Assembly: GCF_006345805.1 (NCBI RefSeq)
Contig: NW_021831873.1
Location: forward strand, 1-62,481
DNA: 62,481 bases
Reading direction: 5' to 3'
Source of the DNA: Octopus sinensis
Taxonomy: Eukaryota
Shown here: piece after piece, positions 28,690-41,900 of the stretch
How the letters are laid out: each line of letters begins with the position of its first letter
How positions within the stretch are numbered: the stretch's first letter is position 1
Notes under the pieces: model-generated
Told to the model about the DNA's origin: nothing
What the model saw: the letters and a program-made list of their open reading frames with translations, nothing else
Databases searched by the model: none
Made by a program: the position numbers and the translations under genes

Positions 28690-29395
28690 AGTAGATCTAC
28701 CTTTAATTATATGCTTCATCTGGTGTGAGGTCGCTTAATGTTTCTTTCCTGAATAGTGGTAAGCAAATAATAGGTCAATAATTGCTGACTGCCCCTTTCT
28801 TTTCATAGTCATTCTAGATCAATACTCTTCTTCCTTTTGTTATCCATGCTGGTGTTACATTTTTTATGTAATGAATAAAATATGGTCGTATATAGGTGTG
28901 TATACTTGGAAAGTTTTAAGTCAGTAACAACGGACACCATCTGTCCCTGGATGTTTTCGGTTTGGTATTTTCTTCAACATACCCGTTAGTCTCTTATCCG
29001 TGATAGTTATATTTCCTTGTGCCCTCCCGTCTTCCATTTCTCTTTGAAATCCCATAACAGTGAGATTTGTGCCCAGAATTTTCTTCCTGTTGAAGCATCT
29101 GGCATATCGTTTCCCTAATATACTTTTCCTTTGTTCAGTTGTTTATAGAATGTACTTCCATTGTTCTTGAAGAGCCTATTCTTCTGTCACTGATGTATTC
29201 TCTGTTGGCATCTATAATTTTTTCTCTTTCCCTGATTTGGTTTCTTTGTTCTCGTTCTCTAACTGTTTACTGTCCCTTATGACTTTTGCTGATTCTTTGC
29301 CGTCCTTTCCTGAGCCTTTCCTTCCACCTCTCCTTTTTGTCGTTGCATTATCCATCCAAAAACTCTTTTGAGCTGCACAATTTGATTCTCAAGCC
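28690..29395 (-). mobile_element. R4/Dong-type RT fragment, degraded
   Basis: GTDGVRCY.LKTF...PAWITKGRRVLI...KGAVSNY.PIICLP. Confidence 0.7.
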
Positions 29396-29487
29396 TTCTT
29401 CTTCTCCTTCTCCTCCTCTTCCTCCTCCTCCTCTTCCTTCTCCTTCTTCTTCTTCTTCTTCTTCTTCTTCTTCTTCTTCTTCTTCTT

Positions 29488-29534
<47 letters not shown>

Positions 29535-29615
29535 TTATTATTATTATTATTATTATTGTTGTTGTTGTTGTTATTATTACTATTATTATCATTATTATTA
29601 TTATCATTATTATTG
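29395..29615. repeat. Compound triplet microsatellite (TTC/CCT/CTA/TTA/TTG)
   Basis: Read directly from the sequence. Confidence 0.95.
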
Positions 29616-29799
29616 AGTGAGAGAGCAGTGCATGGCACCAAAGTGATACTGGGGTAAAATATACAAAGCTCAGTATACCCATCATGAACTGGAACTACTA
29701 TAATGAAAAGTGTGCTTTGCCATGAGGCGAAGAAAGTTAGTTAAAACTATTCCCTTCCTCCTTTTTTTTTTGTTTTTGTTTGTCTTCTCAAAATATTAC

Positions 29800-30292
29800 T
29801 ATCTAGCTAGATTTATATTGAACTGGAATTACTGTAATGAAGAAAACCGCTTTGCTCATGAGGTCGATTTTCTGGGACTTCAACATTGAGACTGACAAAA
29901 TAATAGAAGCTAGAAGGCCTGATTTCGTAGTAGATAAAGAGAATAGAATATGCCAGATACTTGACGTTACAGTACCAAATGATGAAAACATTAATAGGAA
30001 AAGTATAGAAAAAATAGCAACGTACCAGGCCCTAGCTATCAAATTACAGAGATTATGGAAAGTGGGGGTAAAATGTATCACAGTGGTTATAGGTGCACTG
30101 GGAACTATCACTAAAGATCTGAAAGGATGGATAAAGGAAACAAGCTTAAAACCCAGTTTAGTACAGTTCAAGAAAACAGTGTTATAAGGGACATCTAGGA
30201 TCCTGAGGAGGGTCCTTGGAATCTAAGGTTACTTTTTGTAGCCAGACATCAGGATTCTTTTCCAACAGTCAAATTTGTTGAGTGTATTTGAA
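29800..30292 (+). mobile_element. R4/Dong-type 3' end (RLE nuclease and 3' UTR)
   Basis: IFWDFNIETDKIIEARRPDFVVDK...ILDVTVPNDENINRKSIEKIATYQAL...VIGALG, followed by (TAA)-like repeats. Confidence 0.88.
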
Positions 30293-30388
30293 AATAATGA
30301 TAATAATTATAATGATAATGATAATAACAATGATATTAATACTAATAATAGTAAGTAATAATAAAACTGATGATGATGATGATGATGT

Positions 30389-30448
<60 letters not shown>

Positions 30449-30464
30449 CGACGATGATGATGAC

Positions 30465-30506
<42 letters not shown>

Positions 30507-30558
30507 ATTGGTGAAGATGATGATGATTGTGATGGTGGTGGTGGTGGTGTTGATGGTG
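30293..30558. repeat. (TAA)/(GAT)n compound microsatellite
   Basis: Read directly from the sequence. Confidence 0.95.
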
Positions 30559-30659
30559 ATGATGATTATTATTATTTTAAATAAAATATGGTCCGCTGTC
30601 TTCTGCTGAACCGGGGGTCTTCCCTTGACCCTAAGGTCACTGCAGATCCTCATATCATG

Positions 30660-31770
30660 GAGAGAACATGGCGTAAAATATGTGCGGAACCTAGCAACAC
30701 TATTTTTTAATGTTCTCCCACGTTAACACTGCAAGGGAGTTTGTTGAGCTGCTTATCAAGGCCCTTTTAATTAGCCCTAACGCTCCAATCTCCACTGCTG
30801 TTGTGCTGCTTTTCATTCCCCACATCTTAGTCACTTCTATTTCTAGGTCTGTGTCCTTAAATAGCTTCTCAACTTCTTTAATGGACACATTTCTCTCTGA
30901 TGGTACTGTATCATTAAGCATTTCTTATTCTTCCCATCTTTGATGATTTTGTCTGGCTTGTTTGCCTTGATTTCTATATCGGTGTTGATTAGCATGTCCC
31001 AGAGTACTGTTACACCATCTTTTCCAGTCACAGTTTCAGGTTTATGCTGGTACCATCTTTCTGAAGTTGGAAGCTGGTAGTGTTTACATATCTTCCAATG
31101 GATATATTGCATTACCCTATCGTGTCTATGAATATGTTCGGGTTTTGCAAGCGCTGTGCATCCAGTTAAGATGTGGTCTACTGTTTCAGCCTGCTCATGA
31201 ACCATATTGCATTTCGGGTTAGTGCCATCGTTTATTATTTTGTTGTGGCAAGCCCTGGTTGCCAAGCTTTGATCTTGCGCTCCTATGACAAAACTTTCGG
31301 TTTCAGTCTTCAGTCCTGAGTTCTTCGTCCATACATGAGTGTCTCGTTTTTCTACGTTTGTTTGTTCACTCTACATGGGTATCGGCCGTACATCGGTTTT
31401 TCTAGACATTCTCCTTAGCTCTTCTTCTGGGATTGTTTTTTCATCTCTTCCTTAACTCTTTTAGCAAACTGCGTTACTTTCTCACTCGCTTTTATCCTAG
31501 GTTCCTCCGTCATAAGTAGTTTCTGAAACTGTACAGAGTCTTTGTATACTTTATCATGCTGGTGCACAAACTTCATTAGAGGATCTTTTGACAGCTCAAG
31601 TTATGCATTTAATCCTACAGTGGTGGTTTTGTAAGATATCTCTAATTGAGTTAGTCCTCTTCCTCCCATGCTTCTCGGTTAATAAATCCTGTTCACATCC
31701 GCTTTTGGATGGTTCATTCGAGCCATGGTTAGCAGTTTTCTGGTCTTGGATTCTAGCTTCTTTATTTCGT
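30660..31770 (-). mobile_element. R4/Dong-type C-terminal fragment (CCHC, RHD and RLE motifs)
   Basis: PKCNMVHEQAETVDHILTGC...HRHDRVMQYIHW...VLWDMLINTD.EIKANKPD. Confidence 0.88.
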
Positions 31771-31787
31771 TCATTTGCCAGTTGATT

Positions 31788-32360
31788 ATAAGTTAAGTTA
31801 AGTTAAGTTTTTGGCTCAAAAAGCAAAAGCAAGGCCATGTAGGGAGACATGGAGTTATGTACAGGGAGGGTGTTCATGTAAAGTGTTCAGGCCATTTATG
31901 GTCAAAAGAGACTTTGAACCGAGCGGTCGTCGGCATCTTCACTATCTTGTCCGGCAGCTTATACCTAACCAGGACGAAGAAAGCCTCTCTCCTTCAATTG
32001 AGATGAAATCGTCGCAGATAGAGCTTTGCGGAGTGACCCCGCAGCCGACGCTCTGGAGCAGAAGTGAAGAACAGCTCTTTCGAGAAGTTACACTTTCCGC
32101 TTATGATGTTGTGAGCGAGAATGAGATCACCATGGCGTCGTCGTTTTTCTAAAGAATAAAGGTCGAGCGTCTTCAGCCTTTCTTCATAAAACAAATGCTT
32201 GAGACCAAGAACCATGCGGGTAGCCAGCTTCTGGACTCTTTCGAGATGGTGTATGTCTTTGAGTAGATAAGGAGAAGAGGCTTGAGTCCCGTACTCCAAT
32301 ATGGGTCTCACCAGCGTGACATAGAGCGGTAGGAATATGGCTGCTGTAATCATTCCGAAA
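31788..32360 (-). mobile_element. CR1-clade LINE 3' end
   Basis: LYVTLVRPILEYG...LERVQKLATRMV.GL...YEERL..LDLYSLEKRR.HGDLI...LRGH. Terminal (AACTT)n tail at 31788-31809. Confidence 0.92.
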
Positions 32361-32612
32361 GACCGTTGAATCAGAAGCTATAAGCTACGATTGGTACTGT
32401 AAGAGTGTTAATGGCTTCAATTTTGTTTGCAGCGTTGAGTTCAGTCTTTGTTACTAACCGTACTCTCCTGAAGTACTCTTTTCTAATCTTCTCTTTATTT
32501 GCTGAATGTCGTATGCCGTTACTTTCGTCTATGCCAAGGTATTTATATGCTTCTTCCTAGTCCAGTGCTCGGATCTTGCTACGTAGATTTCCGCAGAACA
32601 TGCCAGTTTGCC

Positions 32613-32748
32613 CATCATCATCATCGTCATCACCATCATCATCACCATCACCATCACCATCACCATCACCATCATCATCATCATCATCACCACCACCACC
32701 ACCACCACCACCTCCACCTCCACTACCACCCCCACCTCCACCTCCACC

Positions 32749-32837
<89 letters not shown>

Positions 32838-32853
32838 CATTATTATTATTATT
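32613..32853. repeat. Compound (CAT)/(CAC)/(TAT) microsatellite
   Basis: Read directly from the sequence. Source of the poly-H, poly-P and poly-G ORFs. Confidence 0.95.
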
Positions 32854-32854
32854 T

Positions 32855-34000
32855 GATGCAGTAATAGAGCAGTTAAAACAGAGGTTCATGGCAAAAAGCC
32901 AGAGGATCAGAAGATTTGTGAACAGAAATAAGCAGTTCGAGAACAGATTGTTCAAGAATAACCCGAAGCAATTCTTCCTAACGTAAGAAGGAGACAATGT
33001 AGAAAATATTGTTCCTGATGCAAATCAAGCCAAGAAATTCTGGAGTGGATTATGGGGAAACGATGTGGTGCATAAAAGTGATGCAATGTGGTTAGGAACT
33101 ATCAAGACAGAATTACAAGAAGGAAAGAAACAATGGAATATTGTCATAAGCACGGGTGATGTGAAAGAACAAGTGAGTAAAGTGCCTAACTGGAACCCCC
33201 CCCCCCCCGGACCAGATAGGTTTCATGGTTTCTGGCAGAAGAGAAACCACGCGATGCATGAAAGACTAGAAGCCCAATTAAATGAGTGTATCCAGATAGG
33301 TACAGTCCCCGCGTGGATGGTGACTGAGAGGACAACACTGGTAAAGGAAGATAGAAGAAAGGTGAATATTGTAGGAAAGTATGGATTGACTTTAAGAAGG
33401 CACATGATATGGTGCCTCATTCTTGGACCGTTAAATGCCTGCAGATGTTCGATGTTGCAGACAATGTCACAAATTTTCTGATGCCTAGCAGGAAAAAGTA
33501 GAAAACCAAATTGTACTCAGGTAGTGTATTCCTTGGAGAAGTTAATATTAAAATGGGAATCTTCCAAGGTGACTCGTTTTCACCGTTACTTTTTTTTATC
33601 ATTGCACTAATACCCATAACAATGACACTTAGGAAACGTAAGAAGGGTTACCGATGTGATGAAGAAAGGCCAATCATTCAACCATCTTCTGTTTATGGAT
33701 GACCAGAAATTATTTGGGAAAATTGAAAAACAGATAGGGTTCTTAACCAAAACAGTCCAGAAGTGTGGTTGGGACATCGGTATGAAATTTGGGATTACCA
33801 AATGCTCAGTACTTAGTATGGAAAGAGGGAAGGAAGTCCTGTAGAGGAGTGAAGTTACCATCAGGAGAAACCATGGGTGAACCCGACGGTAGTGGGTATA
33901 GATATTTAGGGATTTTGGAGATGGATGACATTCTACGCAGAGAAATAAAAGTCAAGGTCAGCGAGGCGTATCAAAAAGGAGGAAATATCAACACTGGATA
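32855..34000 (+). mobile_element. R4/Dong-type RT fragment with internal deletions
   Basis: LFKNNPKQF, PGPDRFHGFW, GIFQGDSFSPLLF, HLLFMDD, YRYLGILE. Confidence 0.88.
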
Positions 34001-34039
34001 GAAGGACGAGAAAGTTGATGAGGCTGCATGGGGCGCTAC

Positions 34040-34980
34040 ACCCTAAAGCAAACATAAACAGACGCTTGAAACGAAATGTTCGGCAAGTTCCGTTGAACTA
34101 CTGTTACTGTGTCTGACGTCGAATCTGTGCCCATTAAACTTTTTGTTTAATTGTTCTGTTGTACAACCAACATAAATCAAGTTGTTTCTCGTGCATTCTG
34201 CCGCGTACATCAAATGAGAATCTCTACATATCTCCACCGCCGCTCCAATCGTCCACATCATATTAATCGGTCAAATCCGAAATACTAATTTTTGAGGATA
34301 AAACGGATTTGTACTGACATAGGGGATTACTAGAAACATGCAAATACTTTTGTACATCATTATGTCAAACGCGGTTACAGTGAATCATGATTAAAGGAAA
34401 TAGCAAATGAATTATCTAAGATTAGCAAAGAGAGTCAAACCTTCACGCATAACTTTAGCAAACACAATCAATAGATGGCAGAAATCATTCAGTGATTAAC
34501 TGGCACCGAAATTTCGCTGGCATTTCAAAAGTGTTGCATGAAAATTACCAGCATGTGGCGAAAAAATATCCTCGTTTCAAACAGATATTTCCTATTGTAG
34601 CCTTCAGACCGAATAAGAATATAAGAAAATTATTGATAGAGATATTATTATTTCTAATTCTCTCTAAAGGAGACTAGGGCAACTGTAATGTATATTAATA
34701 GTTATCGCCAAGCTAATATGGCAGTCCAGAAAAATAGGACGAATGCTGCCGTTGATTAGCTCCAAGAGGCCATCGCCTCTAGCTAGCTATGTGACACACA
34801 AACCTGTGTCCATTAAAACCTTCGACCAGGGGAAGTCAGCAGCTTCTCCTTGCTGGTCTGGCATCCACAGAATAGTTTCGAGGTGTTTGCCTTTTATCAA
34901 TGTGGTGTAGCCGAACCCAGCAATTCTCTTTATTACGATAAAAACAATCAAACATAGAAGGGACAACACAGGACACTACA
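34040..34980 (-). mobile_element. Penelope-like remnant: GIY-YIG on the minus strand, RT-endonuclease linker on the plus strand, pLTR-like segment
   Basis: LMYAAECTRNNLIYVGCTTEQLNKKFNGHRFD (34043-34261, -). KVLHENY...FKQIFPIVAFRPNKNIRKLL (34492-34677, +). Confidence 0.75.
34865..34905 (-). ncRNA. Degenerate minimal type I hammerhead ribozyme motif
   Basis: Minus strand CCACA-TTGATAA-AAGGCAAACACCTC-GAAA-CTATTC-TGTGG. Stem I is perfect. The motif is four substitutions from CTGATGA-GAGG..CCTC-GAAACTAGTC and lies next to the Penelope remnant. Confidence 0.55.
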
Positions 34981-35029
34981 AACATTTAAAAGGGTTATTT
35001 AGCGATTTTTTTTAATGAAAATAAATAAA

Positions 35030-38000
35030 AATGACATATAATAGGTTTTTTAAAATTTTGATGTTCCTTCTTTTTAGCTTTTTTAAGTTCCAATTTTTTT
35101 TTTAAAGTTCCAACGGCTACACCTTTTCTTTTTACCATGGATGAGTTAAGTAGGAGCACTCACTCCCAACTTCCTTACCACATCTTTCTATCTTTCTTCA
35201 TATGCTCTTTTTGAAAGGTGCCTTCTCTCCAGCCCTATCTTGCTTTTCAGGTGGTACCTGTAGTAATATAGGATTCCAGAGCCGGAGATGAAGGTCCTGA
35301 CGTCAAACCTTGCATTCTAGTTCTCCATGCACACTCTTTCATAACTGCGACTGTACATAGAAAACAAGCCTCACCTTCCTTAGATAATCCGGTGGGCGGT
35401 ACATTCTTAATAACAAACTCAGCTGATAGCTGTACTCTTCCTAAATGTGACAACACGTGTTCTACGTAAATTGTCATCTCCGAAAGCTGGGTGCATTGTA
35501 CAAGAGCGTGCAGGATAGATTCCTTATCCTGCCCGCATCTTGGACATTCGGGTGGCACTGAAATCCCGTGCCTAGACAATTTCTCGCAAACAGGTGACGC
35601 GTTCCTGAAACACTGCCAGGTCAGGAATCTTTGGTAATTGTCCAAATACCCTACCCCGAAAGTGTTCCGAAACCGGTTGGATAGCTGGTCCTTATCGAGT
35701 CCCAGAGTCTCTCCTAGAACGTCGTCACTTTTAAACTCTACCAACCCTTTGTAAAATGCAGAGGTGGTATTTTCGCTGCCGGCCTTACCCGCCTTGAAGA
35801 TTAGTGCAAGCGCCTGCCGACATTCCTTTTGCCATTCAGTCGTGTTTTGTCTTTTAATCAAACCAGGTTTAAATTCCTCCAGGGAGGCTGGTCGTGGAAA
35901 GAATTCCCCTGCGAGCGAATTCCACACCTGACTACCATCCAGGTGAAGCCAGAGATGCCTTAGTCTCAGTGCATGTTTGCACATCAGCAGCCACGGCATC
36001 CCTAGGCCACTCTTTGACAGCACACGGAGCGCCTCACAAGCGGCTTTCCCCTCCATAAAAAGCGGAGGAGAGCTCGAACCAGCTTGTTTAGCCACAAATC
36101 GGGGCAAGGAACGACGGTCAGGCGGTAACAGACGCAATAAACGTCTGCACCACCTCCACCCTCCTTTCAAGGACAGCGCTGTCTGGACCAGGTCCGGGTT
36201 AGCGCTTCTCTCTTGTTCGTCACCTCACTCCAAATCTTCTCCGTCTGGGAGCCTGGACCAAATCAGACTCCAAGCAACTTAACAGGACCATCCGTCCTGT
36301 GCCCCACGACACTGGACGTCATCGGCTTGCTGCTCCAGGTACCGAGCCGTTAACTTTTGCTCCTGCCACCGTCTCGTATTTTCTGATTGCCTCCGCTACA
36401 CGAAGTAGCTGAGTCATCTTAGATGCGGTGATGGTGACGTCATCCGCCTGTGCAGAGACACTCTTACCACATCCGATTTCATTAGTGGTGCTTCCCAACT
36501 TCTCCAACTTCCGCAGCAATGGCTCGAGAGTCAGTACATACCGAAGCGGAGACAGAGGGCACCTTTGACGAACTGAACGCTTGATTTCGAACGGTTCCGA
36601 CAGGAAAGCGTTCAACTGAACTGTGGGTTTGATGCCGTCGTAAATGGCCTTGATCCAACGGCGGAATACTGGGCCCAGCCCAGCCGCCCCAAGGACTACC
36701 GCCAGACACCGATGGTAAACCCTATCGAAGGCTTTACTCTGGTCTAAATGGACCAGCGCCCCACCTTTACCGGAAACTTTACCCACCCTGTCTAAGGTGT
36801 AACATAAGAGATGAAGATTCTTCTGGATCGACCTACCAGGCATGGCAAATGTTTGCGCCTTCCCGACAAGTTTCTCCGCGACAACCGTCAACCTTTTTGC
36901 TAGCACCTTGGCCAAAATCTTTAACTCTACATTTAGGGTCTTTTCTGACCAGTGTTACCACTCCCCGACTCACAGAACTGGGATTTCTCCCATTCTGCTG
37001 CCAGCTCGTGTACACGCAAGCCAGCATGTGTCCGAACAAGTCCGGCATACTACTGTAAAACTCGTAGGGCAGACCATCCAGCCCTGGCGACTTGTCCCAA
37101 GCACATTCGGCCAGCACCTCTTCGACCTCCGCAGCCGTGATAGACCCTTCACAGCACCTCGGCTCACTCGCCGAGAGTCGCGGTCTGTCGGCCAGGAATT
37201 CCCTTAAGGGCTCTCCATGGTCCAACGCCTCGCTCGTCCCAAACAATCGGGCGAAATGTTGATGAAAGGCCTTCTGCATCTCCTCTTGTCCTTCGATCAA
37301 GCTACCCTGTTCGTCAATTAAAGACTGTACAACGGCTTCTCTGCCTCTCCGACTCTCCACACGACGGGCCAATCCAGCAACGTCAATGCCTTCTCTGCCC
37401 ACCGCGCGTAACTTAGCCCTGACTCTACACCCTTCATGTTTGGCTTGGGGGTGCCGGAATAATACCGTTTTCGCCGCCAACACTCTGGATGCAGAGCCTG
37501 ATGCTATGGCCGCCTCTAATTCCTTAGTTAACTGCCCTTCTAATCTAGTTCCCTCTAAATTTAGGTCTTTACTAAATCTGAGTGACTCTATCGAATGGCT
37601 CGTTTGAGGGCGCACCACCATATGTTGTTTACGACAGCTCCGCATAATGCCCTCTGTACTAACTCCTTAACTCTGGTACGGAAGACTTTACTACTCAAAA
37701 TAGACTTGTTCAACTTCCAGTCCCCGGGTCCCTGTCTATGACACTTAGCTAACTGCACCTCACACGTCACAAATGTGTGATCCGTGTAAGAGTCACAGTG
37801 AAATTGTGGACAACTACCTATATCTCTGCCACTATCTTTTATTATAACCCTATCTAAGTAAGACCTGGGTGAACCATCGTTATTAGACCACGTCCACTGT
37901 GGAACGAGCGGTTCATCCAGTCTGTAGTGGTCTACTAGTTTATACCTCGCTAGTAGCCTTTTTAGGCCAGGGATTCCTTTTCTATTATTCGAGCCTACAC

Positions 38001-38880
38001 TATCCACGTTGAGAATAGTGTTGAAGTCTCCTGTTAAAACTAAAGTTTTCGACGTCATTAGGAAATTCTCAAAGTCCTTAATAAAGATTGTTTGACTATC
38101 CTCTTTTGGAGCATAGACTGCCACCAACCTGAAGGACTGCTTACTCACATGTGCCACATCTAGAACGACCAGCCTACCTTCTGGGTCTAGAAAGACTGTA
38201 CTTACCTGTATGTCCAAGCTTTTTTTGACCAGCACCACAACGCCCCTACTCCTTCCTTGACTCGGAGAAATAAACTTCTCGTAGGCATTCTGAAGAGGAG
38301 AGAACGCCTGTGGCCCGTTCAGCTTGGACTCAGTCACTACACATATATCTATCTTCCGTGACCTGAGGTCGTCTAGGAAGCTTGTATGCTTCCATTTCGA
38401 ACCCAGGCCACGCACATTTATACACCCTAACTTAATCATCGTGATAAAAATTATTGTTGTTTACCTTGTTTTTCTTTTAGATTTGAGGAGGGGCTTCACG
38501 ACTTTCGTCTTCCCCTCCTCCTGTATCTTTTCCATCTGGTGTAGCCATTGGTACTAAAATAATTTTAGCAGTGTAAGGTGGGGAGTCAGAGCCAAGGGAT
38601 TTTTTCCTTTTATGAGTTACTACTGCATACTCCATTTGTTCTGTTGTTTCTTTCTCTTTTTCTGTTTCTTTTGGTTTCTCTTTTTCTTAACTTTTTTTGG
38701 TTTTATTTGTTTCTTCCGTCGATTTGATTTTTTCTTCTTTCGCATTTTTTTCCAGTTGGGGAGGGACCACTTCTTCTGCGTCAGCTTTTTTACTTTCTCG
38801 CACTCGGAGCGACGTGATCTTTCTCACCACATTTGTAACATCTAGGCCGCCGCCGTCCCTCCACCGACACTCTCGCGCTC
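35030..38880 (-). mobile_element. L1/Tx1-clade LINE: near-complete ORF2 (APE, RT, C-terminal zinc-binding region) plus the probable ORF1 end
   Basis: ORFs 37588-38439 (CINVRGL, GDFN, RSYLDR, YTDH), 36833-37645 (SPGLDGLPYEFY), 36319-36915 (LDQSKAFDRV, QRCPLSP, QADD) and 35247-36170 (CPRCG..ESILHALVQC). Confidence 0.93.
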
Positions 38881-38919
38881 AACAATCCCTTATGAAAATT
38901 CTGTCTGGTCTATTATTAT

Positions 38920-41900
38920 TATTATTCAGTGGTTTTATTTTTATAGCGTGCTTTCACTTTACGACCGATCGCAGCTCTGTGTACCTTGGGTATGTGCTGT
39001 GATTTGTTGTGATGCTCTGATGGTTACTGTATTGAAAGTGTTCTGCGTAGGATATGTGCAGTGCCCAGTATGTTATATATATTTGCAAGTCCTGGGTTTT
39101 TTGTTATGTATTTGTCTGAATATTTTTTATTATACCTAATGCGCCTACTATGATAGGAATTGTTTCTGTTTTTAGATGCCACATTCGAGTTACCTCTATT
39201 TCAAGGTCTTTGTATATTGAAAGTTTCTCCATTATTTTTGGAGACACGTTGTGCTGGTATTGATACATTACTTAGAAAGCATTTTTTCTTCCTGATCTCT
39301 GACAACCATGTCTGGTCTATTGGCCTTAATTTCTCTATCTGTGTGTATTGGCATATCCCAGAGTATGGTTGCTTTCTCGTTTTCTGTGACATTTTCTGGT
39401 GTGTGCCTATACCATCTTTTTTCTGTTGTTATTCCATAGTGTTGGCATAGCTTCCAGTGTATGTGAGTCCAAACTCTGTCATGTCTGTGAATATATTCCT
39501 TCTTAGCCAGGACTGGGCTCTACCACCTTCCATACGTTGTATATATACAGCCAGAAATAGTATGATTCATTTTTTCTTGTCTATCTCCACATATTCTACA
39601 GTTACTTGTTATGTTTCATTTCATTATATGTTTTAGGTAATTTCTGGTGGGGAGGCTTTGGTCTTGTGCTGCAATTAAAAATCCTTCCGTTTCTGCTTTG
39701 AGTCCTGAGCTTCTCAACAAATGCTGGGATTTTTCTCTGTCTATTTCTTTTGCATTTGGTTTAGTCCAGTATTTGCCATGAAGGGGCTTTTCTTGCCATC
39801 GTTTACCATGGTTCGTTGCTGTTCTAGTTTTAGTTTGTATTTCATTTGTTTTATAGCTAATGTTGTTTCTTCTTCTTCATATTTGTTAGGTAGTATGATT
39901 TCTTGTTTGTATTTGTCAGCTTCCTTAAATACTGAGAACAGTATTTTGTTTTGTTCGTGTTTTGCCGCTATTTGTATCAGTTTTCCTCTTTTCTGAAGTA
40001 GATATTTTTGTAGTCCTATAGTGGTTATTTTATAATAGTATAAGGCCTCTACCACCTTCTATACGTTGTATATATAGACTTTCTATGTCAGATTTGGGTG
40101 ATGCATCCTAGATCCTGTCATTATTTTTTTTTCGTTTTCCTGTCTATTTTGGTTAGTTCATTTAGTGTCCAGTTAAGGATATTGTAGCTGTATCTTGTAG
40201 CTAAAGTGTTAATGCCTATTATCTTGTTTTTATCATTGAGCTCTGTTTTTAGTATTCTGCTTTATTTTCTCTTTCATTTTTGTGTGTTGTATCATATCTA
40301 GTTCATGGATTCCTAAATATTTGTATGTTTCGCTTTGGTCTAATTCTCTTATTTCATTGGCATTATCTAGTGTTATGTTGCTACTCTTAACTAGTTTCAG
40401 AGTTGCTTTGGCGCATTTTTCTAATTCAAATTTCATATCTATTTCTTTGGTAAGTCCATGTTCTGTCTGTAGTAGTATTTCCAGCTGTTTGTCATTTGTA
40501 GCGTATAATTTTATGCCATCCATATATAAAAGGTGGTTGTTTGTTTCGCCGTAACATTTGTATCCGCATCCAGTTCTATTTAGCATATCAGATAGAGGTG
40601 TCAGTGCCAAGCAGAAAAGGAGATGGGGATGGCTTTGGTTTTCACGAGTCCCTCTTTTGTTTGGAGCTGTAGCACTGTCTGCCATTTATTCATAGAGTGT
40701 CTCATGTATTTTGTAATTATTGGTGCTACCTTGTTAATGGTTATTGTTTCGAGGATCCATGTGTGGTGAATGCTATCAAAAGCCTTTTGGCAGTCGATCC
40801 ATGCCATACTGAGGCCTTTCTTCTTTCTGTGGCTGTCTTCAGTTATGTCTCTATCGGTCATTAGTTGATCTTTACAGCCATATGAGCCCTTGCAGCATCC
40901 CTTCTTCTCTTCTGGAAACAGGTTGTTTTCGTCCAGATGCCTGTTCAATCTTTGCGATATTACTACAGTAAAGGCTTTGTACATTGTAGGGAGACAGGCT
41001 ATAGGTCTGTAGTTTTGTGGTTTTGCCGTTTCATTGGATTTGGGAATTAGGATGGTTTTCCCTTTTGTGAGCCATTTAGACATTGTCTCTGGCTCTGCCA
41101 GTATGTCGTTAAAGTTTTCAGCCAGCTTTTTGTGTATTCTTGTCAGATATTTTAACCAGAATTTGGGGATCTTGTGGTGCCCAGGTGCGTTCCAGTTGCT
41201 TAGTGTTTGCAGTGCCTGGGTGACCTCTTCATTTGTTATGGGGTCCAGAGTTGCTCAGGTGCTAAGTTTGTTGTTTTAATACTCATTTTCTGTGATTGCT
41301 CATTTCTTTCTAACATTCTTCCACTTCTTCTGCCGTTGGTGCTGCAGTGATGTCTATTTTATTTTTGCCTAGTTCTTGGTAGAACTTGTTAGGGTTGGAG
41401 TTGAACTGTTTGTTTTGTTGAAAGAAACGTTGGCGTTTCTCATACCGGCGGATCCTTTGTGCTTTGGCAAGGATATCTTGCTTTACTTTTCTTTTATCTC
41501 AGGTAAATCTTTTCATGTGATGTATTTGCACAGTAGTTTTGTTTTTTTCTTGTTGCTTAGTAGCGTTGATTGTCTACTAATTTCGTTCAGAATCGACAGA
41601 TCTTTTCACTTTTTTGTATTCTTTGATGCTATTTATCCACAGGGTTTGTTTGGGTGGTAGTACACCTGTTTTGATGGGTTTGAGGGAGTATCCAGCTTCT
41701 TTTGTGGCTGCACTAGCTGATGCATATATTATGTCATTTAGCTCAGGGATTTGTTTCTGTGGCTATCAGTTCCGTGACAGCCAGGTTTATGCTATTTATT
41801 ATTGATGTTGTTTTATTGTCTATTTTTTTGGGAGGTATGGTCGGTGGTCCAGTCTGAGATCCGTGGTTTTCAGTTCTTTGATTACTCTCATTTTTATAGT

